Source: the human T2T-CHM13v2.0 reference genome, Homo sapiens. From it: a stretch of DNA of 64,000 bases. The notes under the pieces are model-generated. The model searched no databases and was not told the origin of the DNA. It saw only the letters and a program-made list of their open reading frames with translations. The first letter of the stretch is position 1, and each line of letters opens with the position of its first letter. Positions 30,158 through 42,885 of the stretch are shown in pieces. Location: assembly GCF_009914755.1 (NCBI RefSeq), contig NC_060925.1; one strand, 5' to 3'. The translations under genes were made by a program, and so were the position numbers.

Positions 30158-30664
30158 TTTTGCAACACCAAAAACTTCATTCCCAACATTGCTATCTCAT
30201 GGCTAAGGTTCCAAGCTATTGGATCTTTGTTTGTGTGTGGGTATATACATGTCTTTTGTACTGCTATCTCATGGCTAAGGTTCCAAGCTATTGGATCTTC
30301 ATTTGTGTGTGTATACATGTCTATATGTGTTTATTTGTATGTACACTTATTGTTCCATGTTGTGTCTACCAAATTGGCTTATAAGTAAAAGAGGGCTTAT
30401 AAATTAAGTAAATAAGCCTAAGCAATTTTCAAGTTCACATGACTTAAGTGCAACTTTACTAAGCAAGCTAGCTTTAAAATTATTGGAATAAAAGTAAAAA
30501 TGCCTTCAGAACTGTCAGCATACATTTTGTCTGAATTTTATGTTTGTCTTTGCTAGATATTTTGAGATGTCCGTGTTTGGCGTGGAAGGTTATAAAACTA
30601 TAAACCCAGCCAAAACAAAATAATCTTGGTTTGTGTGCTTTCTTTTGACAAATGTGAGTAATTT

Positions 30665-30957
30665 ATAAAAGGAAAATATCTTGGGACCCCCAAAATTACT
30701 AGGCTGAAGGGAAGATTTAGGGTGGGAGCTGCTTGAGCCTGCCTCCCATTCTATTCAAAGTCTCACTAAGATAAATGCATATCTAACTGCCTCCTTTGGA
30801 AAGGCTAATCAGAAACTCAAAAGAATACAACCATTTATCTCACACCTACCTGTGACCTGGAAGCCCCAAGTCCCCTCTCCCGCTTTGAGTTGTCCTGCCT
30901 TTCCAGACAGAACCAATGTTCATTTTACATATGTTAATTAATGTCTCATGCCTCCCT
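30665..30957 (+). mobile_element. MER4A-like LTR fragment (3' truncated) inside the MER61 internal region
   Basis: AAAGGAAAATATCTTGGGACCCC...CCTGCCTCCCATTCTATTCAAAGTC...GGAAAGGCTAATCAGAAACTCAAAAGAAT. Confidence 0.75.
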
Positions 30958-31722
30958 TGTTAAAAGTGAAAGAATTGAGTACTGAATGGGATAAATGTTT
31001 TAGGTAAACCTTTTGCATAAATTAAAATCTTAAAGTTATTTTTCATGCTCATTTAATATCTGGGTCATTTCCAATTATGAAAGTGTTGTGATATGGGGAA
31101 ATATGTTTCTAAAATTGTGGAATTATTCTTATCTATAAATGCCCATATCTAATAGCTCAGGATTTCTTGCTTTTTAGGGTTTCACTAAAATTTTAGCATA
31201 AGAATCCTAGTTAACACATAATTCTGTGTACAAAATGTGCCCAAAAGGGTTATTAGTGAGAAAAAGAATAATTTTGTCTAATTCAGACGTTATCCAAAAG
31301 TTAGTTCAAATTACAGATTTGAAAAGGTTATTTATGAAACAATGTAGTAAGGAACCATTAAGTAGTAGGGGAGAAAAATGTGGAAAAAGTTTAGATAATA
31401 AAATATTCTTTAAAACCTGATAAAGAATTGGAGACATTTGGCTAATTAACATTTTTGTAGTTAAAGCTCTTAGTCTTGATTAAAATAAAATAAGAAGTAT
31501 TGGAAGTATTGTAGAAAATGCATCGGCAGTTTGGCAGTTCTTTTTTTTTTTTTTTTAATGTAGTTAAGCATGAAGCCAGATTTAGTGTGGAGCCAAATTT
31601 CACATACACACTTGCATTGCTTCACACCATGTTTACTGTTTGTGTAGATAGTGCCGGCACTGGAGTACTTATTGGTCACGTGCCTAAAGTGAATTTCTTA
31701 ATTGCACAGGATGTATGATGTG

Positions 31723-31758
<36 letters not shown>

Positions 31759-31893
31759 GTGGGGGAGCTCTGTATAACACTATAGCTTCCACAGTAAATT
31801 AAGTAGAAAAGATTTAGGGTTGTTTTCCTGTTTATTAATTTTTGCGTCTAGTTTTCATTTGTTTGCTGTTTATTCTCTGCTAGATTTTGTTTA

Positions 31894-32235
<342 letters not shown>

Positions 32236-35200
32236 CCATGATTTTTTTAGTTTTTAGTGGAAGGCTCTTATTTCATTCTGTGAATAGTTGTTTTTGTTTC
32301 CTATGCATTTCTAGCAAGTCATCCTTTGTTTCATCTATCTGGAATTCCTAAGCTACCTTTGTCAGGTCCGCAGGAATTAATGGAGCACACTAGCCTTTTA
32401 ACCTTAAACTAACTTTTTAGATTTTAGGGTTCTTGATACGTTAAGTGTGTTGAGTATACTTTCACAAATAGAATTTAAGACATATTTCTCTCTCTTTGCC
32501 TAATTTCTCCAAAATTTATAAACTATTTGTGAATATTCTTAATTCATGGCAATGTGTTTTTTTGCATCCAGTCAAGCAGGGTCTCCAGGGCTACTCAGGG
32601 AGAGAGAGCCCAGAAACCTGGCATGCCAGCAAAAGGGTAAGAATTTCTTACCAGTCAGTCTCTGGTCTCTTTCTCTCTGTGCAAACTGGTTAAATGAAAG
32701 GTAAAAGCCACTGTTTATTTCCTCTACAAGGTTTTAAATTAATTGGTTTAATAATAAGAGCTTAAATAAAATATTTTGTCAGAAAAGTAAAAAGTGCAAT
32801 GCCTTTTATTTAATTCATGTGACGTGAGTAATTCTTGGGAAATAAAGATGATTTTAATGATTATTAGTAGAATACAAATGTCTTCAAAATGTAAATATGT
32901 GGTCCAAATTATGTTCAAATATTAGGTTTGCTAAATGCTTTAAGGTCATAAGCTGCTTCTTTGGCTTTTGAAAATTGTTTAACTCGCCTCCTTTACTACT
33001 AGGTAAGGCCTGGGGACATGTGGAGTTGGCCACACCCCTAGCTATGCTGGAAATAATCAGACCTTATTAGCACCTAGCACATAATTAACATAACTTACTA
33101 GATTTTACATTAAAATTAAAATTGCTAAGAGCCAGCATTATAACATGCAATTAAGACTGCTAGAAACAGTTTTACATGCAAGGTGTGTAAGGACAGTAAA
33201 ATGTGTGGGGTTTTTTTGTCAAAGGTTATAAAAGGTTTTTCCTTCTTTAAAATTTCTGAGTCATCATTTTGGCCAAATAAATAATTTAGTTTCAAAATTG
33301 TCTTTCTAATGCCTGGCTTTTTAGATGGATCAGAGGCCCCTGAAAACATCCAGAAAAGAGGTAAACAGGGTTATTTAACATGTTTAAGTACACGGGGTTG
33401 CCAGAATGATGTCCAGTCTTCTTTAAGTTACATTTTTGTAAATAATACTAATATATGTTCCAAAATTGTATGAGATTTCTAAAATTCTAACATCTAAGTG
33501 TATTCTATCAATCAATTATAATTATGGTTATTATGTTAAGTTATAGTAAACCACAGAAATAACCAAATTTCCTTTTATAAAGCTACTAACCCAAGTAGAA
33601 AAAAAAGTAATTAAATACCAAGAAAATACTTTGTCAGATTTTCATGTTAAACCAGCTGATACTGAAATTGTTTAGATATACAGTTTGAATAAACTTCACG
33701 GTCTAAGTCGAATTACCTATGATAATCCATCAGTTATCAGTGCTGTGATTTAGAAAAACAACTGGCACTCAAGAGGATATTAGTCTAATGTTAATTAAGC
33801 ATGGCCTTCTGGAGAACCAGGATAATCACCTTGTCCTCCCTGAGTCCTTAAAGATTTTATTATTAAAAGTTTTGCGTTCCATGACTCATCATGGAAAAGA
33901 TAAAATAATCCAAATTAAATACATTGGTGTGGTAACTTACAAATTACAAAAATAGTTTATAACCAATGTTTAGTCCCATATTCCTGGGAAAACAGTTAAA
34001 GCATCGGGTACACTTGGTAACCTGATGGGCCATTTAAACATCTTATAAAGGAATTTCATTCAATTGTTATTATCAATGCATATTTTCTGGTTGATAAAAG
34101 CTTTCCCATGCAAGAGGGCTGATGTTATAACAGCAGATCATTATGCTACAGTGTGTTTTCACTGGGTAAAGAAAGCTTTTTATGGTTTGAATCTTTTGGG
34201 AAGATCAGAGAAAGAACTGTTGTTGCCATCCACACTACAACAGAACTTCGGGACCTTGAACTTTGGGTTCATAATCTCACAACTGAGAAGGGTATCTCCA
34301 TATTCTTGGAACTGTGTACCCATTGGAACCCTTGAGATTTCTCCCCAGAGGAGGATGGCATCCTTGATGTAAATAGCTTTTCCCAAGTTTACAGATTAAG
34401 ACTTCTACTATCATGAAACTCTCATCTATGAGTATTTCCCTTGCTTATGCCTCTCTGAACAATAGAAGTAGAAAAGAGGTCTGTTGTGTGACCTTATGGG
34501 GTGTACTTTTATTTGTGAAGGAGTTTGCAGCCAGGCTTATACAAGAATAAACTTATACTTTGATAGATAAAAGATGAAGGCCCAAAGTAGGTGAGAAACT
34601 TTAGTGGTACATATGTTGCCTCATAATCAGTCAGAAACAAAACATTGGTTCATTCCTCTTAACCCACATCATGGGTTAAAGAGAACATTGCCAGGAGGCC
34701 TTCATTCTTCTAGAAGGGCATCATTTGTTAGGTCCTTTTTCCATGGTTTAAAGTAAAAGAAGCAATGATTAAAAATGTATCCCTCATGATAGGCTCTATA
34801 GCAAATTCTACTGTAAAGGACACAAACTAAATTCTCTTGTGAAAGTTACGATAGAATTGGATGAACAGAGATGTATCTGTGCAGCTGCTGGCACTCATGG
34901 CCTATGGAGAAAACATCTGGTATTATAGAAATTCAGTTGTAGTGGATTAACAACGAAACTGCTTCTTTAAGTCAACCTTTGATCTATTTGGTTTTAGGAG
35001 GTTTGGTTTATGGGTACCTTGGGTAAGAAGCATACTCTGAATTCTTGGTATTATCCTCCCAATAGTAATAATAATAGTCTCCCTGGTGTGCTGTATTCTC
35101 TCAAAGGTTTTAAATGCTTGCATGCAGCCACCTCTAGAATGTCATATGGTCTCTCTTCAACTGGAATGACAAAAGCTGAAAGAAATGTACAACCGTGAAG

Positions 35201-36191
35201 ACACCACAACCCATGAATGACGGGCTGAGACTGGAAACCAAAAATGATAGTAACTGAGAGTGGTGCTAAGGCCCTAAGTTTTGGTCACACTCTTACCTAA
35301 GTGAGAACCTGACCAAAAAGGGGGAATATTTTAAACAAAATTCTGGGAGGCTATTGTTTTGGACTAAGCTCATGCACTAAGCCCCAACAGACCAAACCAA
35401 ACAAAAATGGAGTCACTTGTGCTAAGACTTTAAGGAAACACAGATTCTAGAACAGACCAGGTTTTGTTTTTTCTCCTGCAAATCTCTATAGCAAACATTC
35501 TTGACAACAGAGGTATCCACCCCCTGAAGTTCCCATTAAATCTTTTAGCCAAATTCATTTCTTCTCTCCTAGAGACCACCAAGTTTTAGATGATCATGCA
35601 ACAAAGCTTCCAGCCAGTTCCAGGTGAAGACACCACCCCTGACCATCAAGAAGCTACCCCGCCTCCACTAGATAGAGCAGGGAGAGAGTTCCGTCATCCT
35701 TAATAGGTAGAGACTATGCCGCAAGCCAGCATGAAGCAGTTACAGAAAAAAGACGATTGGTCCCTCTGCCTCCCATGAAGACTTATGGGGATCACATCTC
35801 TTACAGAGGAAATGAGGCAGGAAAATAGGGTCTGGAGGCAGGGAATATAAGGCAGATTCACGCTTCAGCTATGACAGGAAATATCCTCTCCATAGGGCAG
35901 ATGCAGAGTAAATGACTATGTAACTTTACTTCACCCTCTTCATTTACACAGGGCATACACCAGCTAACCAATGGAATCCTCTAGAGGGTATTTAAACTCC
36001 CAAAAATTCTGTAACAGGGCCCCGGTCCCACATTGTGGAGTGTACTTTCATTGTCAATAAAATTTCTTCATTCTTTCTTCACTTTGTTTGTGTGTTTTGT
36101 CCAATTCTTTGTTCAAGATGCCAAGGACCTGGACAGCCTCCACCGGTAACAATAGTGCTGAGGTTGACAAACCCTGATTTCTGTTGCTTAA

Positions 36192-36533
<342 letters not shown>

Positions 36534-37548
36534 TAATGTAATATTCTTTTTATGTATGTATTACTACATCTAATTTTCTTTTTTTTGTTTGTTTTGAGAC
36601 GAAGTCTTGCTCTTGTCACCCAGGCTGGAGTGCAATGGCATACTATATCTAATTTTCTAATATTTTGTTTAGGATTTGTATCTATGTTCATGAAAGAAAT
36701 TATCCTATATTTTTCCTCTCATGTAATGTCCTTGTCAGGTTTTGGTATTAATGTTGATTTGGTCCCATAAAATGAATTGGAAAGTGTTCCTTCTTTTTCA
36801 ATTCTCTGAAAGTGTTTGTGTAAGATAGATGTGTTCTCTGACTTCCTTTGTGATCAGACCTGCCTCTGCTCACCTCTTCAACCCCATAAGCCATTGATGG
36901 GCTTCATCTGAGCCTGAGACATTTACTGAACCCAGTTATAGCACTAAGCAAAATTACTGTTCCTTAAAGGCCAGAACTCACCTGACCTTACTGGACCCCT
37001 GCAAACCTGGGGACAGGTAGAAAGTCTCGCTTTGCCCTCAAGTCTAAGTTTTATGATCTACCTCAGACTTTAATCATTTTGGCAGTTATTAGGCACTGAC
37101 CCAAATGCTAATAAAGTAGGCTACCAATTCCCATTCAGCCATTGTTCCTGGTCTATAGCTGCCTTGGGCAGGAAACCTATGACAAGAATAAGGCAGGATC
37201 AAGACACTCTTGGGACCCCTGCCATAACACTATCATAGCAGCTCTGAAATCTTACCTTTTACCACTGTTATCTACTGTGTCTTCTATTGCTAACTAAACT
37301 TTTAACTCCTTTGCAGGAGTGGAAAACCTTTTCCATACCTTGACTGTCAAGACAGCTGGGTGGGTACAGGAGGGGAGAACATAGGTTTTTGCATTGGACA
37401 GACCTGGTTTAAATTTTAGTTGTGCCACTATTAGTAGGGTTACCTGAAACAAGATATTTAGCTTTTCTAGTGGAGCCTCTGTTTACTCATCTGTGAAGTG
37501 GAACTAATAATGTCCACTTCAGTGGTGTGTTTAAGAAAAAAGGGATTT

Positions 37549-37861
<313 letters not shown>

Positions 37862-38259
37862 TCATTAAGGGGTTTAGATGGTGCACAGCCTCAGAGGGCT
37901 GAAGACACAGACACTAGGCTGAGCTTCTAGAAACAGCTCTCAACACCAGCAGAGAGCTGGCCCACCCAGGGAACTGCTGCTTCTATCCTAATCAGCAAGA
38001 CTGCCCTTGACAACGAGGAAGCAGTGCTGGACCCATGCCCACAAAATGTCTTCATCCTTCCGGTTTCTTCACTAGACTCAAAATCCTATTCATGTGCAAC
38101 TGACTGGAGAAACCAAAATTTCATTTGTGATGCTAGCAGCAAGCAAGTCTGGAAAACATGGTTTTTTGCTTTCCAGCCTTTGCATGCTGGGAAGGAGTTG
38201 GAAATGGGGATGAGCAAGCCTATTCACTGTACCCACTACAGTTGGCTATCCTATTTTCA

Positions 38260-38725
38260 TACTTGTTTCCTTCCATGGCTGTTTCGGGCATCTGTGTTCT
38301 CTGGCCCAGCTAATGAATCATTATTCTTGGTCAGTTATGACAACCCTCTTCCTCTTGCAGCTAGGTGTAGTCAGGTGACTCAGTTCTGACCAATGAGAGT
38401 AAGGAGAAGTCTGCTGTGGGGCTGTGGGTAGAGGCTTCTGTGAAGGCTTTTGCTTTTCAATAAAAGGGACAGCTGTAGATTGATGCCAGTTCTTCCCCTT
38501 TCGTTCTGCCTCGAATGTCTGGAGCTGTAGCAGCCATCGTGTCAGCGTGAGGATGAAAGGCCAAAGAAAAGGCTGGCAAGAACAGAAGTACGGAAGATCA
38601 TAAGCTCTTGTTGGCAACGTTGAGCTGCTGAGCTAACTGGAATAAATGCCTCCCTCTAGACTTCTTGAGAAAAATACATTCATATTGATTTAAACGACTG
38701 CTAGTTGAGTTATCTGTTGTAGCTG
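38260..38725 (+). mobile_element. Old MLT1 MaLR LTR
   Basis: GACTCAGTTCTGACCAATGAGA, GCAGCCATC, GCTGAAAGTATTCCTGACTGATA end. Confidence 0.55.
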
Positions 38726-40187
38726 AAAGTATTCCTGACTGATAGATTCTTCTTCCTCTTAGCAAGGATGCGACTGGACTGCTGATGAAGTGGTCAATCT
38801 ACAAGATTAGATAATTCACAAATAGACTTTTAAGTCTTCCATATCCCCTCTTGAAGCTGAAATTTCCATAAGAACAAACAACGCTGCCTTTCTCTGGGGC
38901 AGAGGGGAGCTTTCTAGGAGTCTAAGAAGAGGGGCTGGTGGTGTGAGCAGGAGATACCTGTGACCCTCCATCTTCAGAGCCCAATCAGGGGGTCAGTGGA
39001 GAATGGGGGATCTCTGAGAGCACGGCTGAGAATTAGAGGAAACGTTCGAACAGTCAGCGGCATGGTGACCAGCCCTGAGGTCATGACGGCCATGCCTGAC
39101 CAGAGAGGAGGTGCTGCTGGGCAAGTGGATGAGAGACAGAAAAAGTAGAGAACAGAGTTGGTCCCTGGGACCAGGAGAACAGTGTTGGGGAAATGACACC
39201 CAAATGAGGCGACTCAGGGAGAAACGAGTTTTCCAAGTGAAGGCCTCAAGCACTGCTGTGTTCGGTGCCCATCTTCTGGTCTGCAAAGTGTGGGAGACAG
39301 AGGATTGAGGTTGGCTGTAAGAACCAGGGATCAAATGGACAATGTGTAATTTAAAAATGTTTACCCTCTCTGCTTGCTGTGAGCTTCCACCCATTTCTCG
39401 CTGATCCACACAGCCAGTGAGCGCTGGGTTCCCACTCTGCATGAAGGGCCGCACCAGGTACTGGTGATGGTGCAGGGAGAACATTCCCGTCTCTGAGGAA
39501 CCCAGGCTAGTCATGGAGAAATAGGAAGGTAAACTGACACTTTTGGGGAGTGCTCAAAAAAGGGGTGCTCATCTGATTTGGGAACACCTCCTCAGGAAAG
39601 GGATGGCTTGGCAGCAGTGGGAAGGATGAGTGGGCAAGGGACATGGCAGTGGAAGGAAGACCTTTTGTACCGGCTCGGGGGCAGGAGAACCTGAGGTTCC
39701 CACTTGATCACAGGTGGAGTGCGGGGTTCAGGGGAAGAGATGGAGAATCTGGAAAGGCACTGCAGCCTGGTTAAGTGGGAAAGAGGCTGTGGAGTCAGAC
39801 CTCTGACTCATCTCCGTGGCCTTGGGCATGTCACTTAACCCCTCGGAGCCTGTTTCCTCTTCTATGATATAGGCACAATGGTTCTTTCCTCTTGGAAAAA
39901 GTTTAATTGGGATAACAAATAACCAGGAATTGTTAATTAGGAAAATGATTATAAAATAACTATCATATTTTCTGACACATGATAGGGATTCAAGAACAAT
40001 TTAATCCATTCCAAAGAGGCATCTTCCCCCTAAATTTGAATATTTCTGATACCGAGGTTCATTGTTAAGGCCTAATTGGCAGCATCCTTTCTTTCTTGGT
40101 GGCACACGAACTAATGGTGTCATGCAATTGATGCCATCTTACTTTCAATAAAATATGGCAGTTCTTTGGAGTATCTACAATAAAGAT

Positions 40188-40810
<623 letters not shown>

Positions 40811-42554
40811 ATAATAATGTCTATTGGGAGATAGCCAAGAATTGCTTTTCATCGATGTGTGTGCTTTATGCTTCTATGACTACCTGGACAGTTTCCAGAA
40901 CACTTTCAAGCCTTACTAGGAATGATTTGTAATGGCGTTTGGGGGTATCAGAGGCAATTTGAATCTAGAAACTCAGCTTGGGTAGACTGGAATCAGGGAC
41001 GTTTCCTGGAGGAGCTGATTCATGAACTGAGTTTTGCAGGATGAATTCCATGTGTGTGGTGCAGCGAAGAAGCACAAGCAAAAATGTGGAGCAACTCTGT
41101 CCACATGTGGAGTCAGGCATGGCTAGAGAATAGGTGCTAAGGACAAGGGGCCGATGCAGAGTGATGGGCTCAGAGCATGCTAGGCTTTGGAAGCCAGGCA
41201 AAGACATTGATTCCAAGGCAGGAGCTCTTCACTTGAGGACCATAGATTGGGCTTTAGACAGTCTACACGTCTCTTGTAATTTATGCAAAATCTGTGGAAT
41301 TCCCATTTTTCTAGGAATAAAGTCTATGCCTTTTATCAAATTCTCAAAGGGGCAATGTAATCGCCACTAAGAAAATAAGATGACGGCACTAAAATGAGTG
41401 AGGAGTCCTTCGCGATAGACATCATCAATCTAGATGGCTGGCTGCCTTGGTCAGTTTCCCGCATCTCTAGAAAGGCCCTGATATGCAGGGATGGGCCCCC
41501 ATTGTCATTTCTTTGCTACATGACTCCGCTGCCTGGCCACAGTTTATTGGTCCAGGGGTGGGCACCTCATTCAAGTGATTGTCCCCAGAATTTTTAAGAC
41601 CTAGAACAAAAGGTGGTAGCTGGTATTGGAGGTGACAGCTAGATGAAGATAAGGAATATGCAGCTTGGGGGTGATAAGTGGCTAACGTTGCCCATCCCAT
41701 AGCAGAAACTGGTATGAATTAGGAGAGAGTGAAACCAATATACCAGGAAAAGTAAAAACACAAAACTTCAGGTGAGAATTCTGATGGTATTGAGTCAAGG
41801 TACCCTGGCTTTCATCCCTGCCCTTTTCATGGTGACGTGAGGTAGTCCTATGTCCCAATATTAAATCGGTTCTTGCCTAACTTTAATCAGATTTGGTTTC
41901 TGGCAAATTAAAGAATCCTAAGCAAAGGAGGTGGCGCGATCAGGTAGCTGCCATGAGGGGAATGAACTGGAGTGAGGAGGCCAGGGACCAGAGGGAAATT
42001 ATTGCAGTGGTCTTGGGGGGAGATGAGAGGCCTGGAACAGAGATGGCTGTCTTGGTATGGACAGCCAATGAATGGATAGAAAACATATTTCCAGAGCAAA
42101 ATCAGCAGACATGGTTATTGATTAGATATGGAGCCTGAAAGACGGGAAGGAGCAAGGGTGGGTGCTGGAACCACAAGAGGGTGATCAGGTTATGCCATAT
42201 GAGGCTGGAAATCCAGGATAATGGGTTTGAGGTTTAGGAGGAGGCTCTAGGCTGGATATGAAAATTTATCAGCTGAGAAGTAGTAACTGAAGTCACGGCA
42301 GTGAATGAGGTTGTCTAGGGCAATGTAGCAAGGGCCATCACATGCTCTGCCCAGTCCAGCACAGTCAGTGGACACCTGGTCACCAAAGGAGGGGGTCACA
42401 GAACTCTACCCAGAGCCCTGTGAGGGTTGGGGGGCAGGCTGTATGGCTGTATATTTATTTTGGTGGTTGAGGGAGCAGTGACCTCATTTGCAGGCATTGG
42501 AGAAGAGGAAGCCAGGATTCACTTGGCTGTGTATTCCTTCTTTATACCTTTTCC

Positions 42555-42885
42555 TTTTTTTCTTTTTTCTTTTTTTTTTTTTTTTTGTTGAGACAGAGTT
42601 TCACTCTTTGCTAGGCTGGAGTGAAGCAGTGTGATTTTGGCTCACTGCAACCCCCGCCCTCCCGCCCCTCCCCGCCCCCGGTTCAAGCGATTCTTTTGCC
42701 TCAGCCTCCTGAGTAGCTGGGATTATAGGCGCCCGCCACCATGCCCAGCTAATTTTTGTACTTTTAGTAGAGATAGGGTTTCTCCATGTTGGCCAGGCTG
42801 GTCTTGAACTCCTGACCTCAGGTGATCCACCCGCCTTGGCCTCCCAAAGTGCTGGGATTACAGGCTTGAGCCACCACGCCCGGCC
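42555..42885 (-). repeat. AluS
   Basis: Alu consensus; TSD TATACCTTTTC. Confidence 0.9.

Noticed and set aside
29322-30330. CRISPR-like repeat-spacer array
   Set aside because: Eukaryotic ERV tandem repeat interrupted by one insertion; no regular unique spacers and no cas genes
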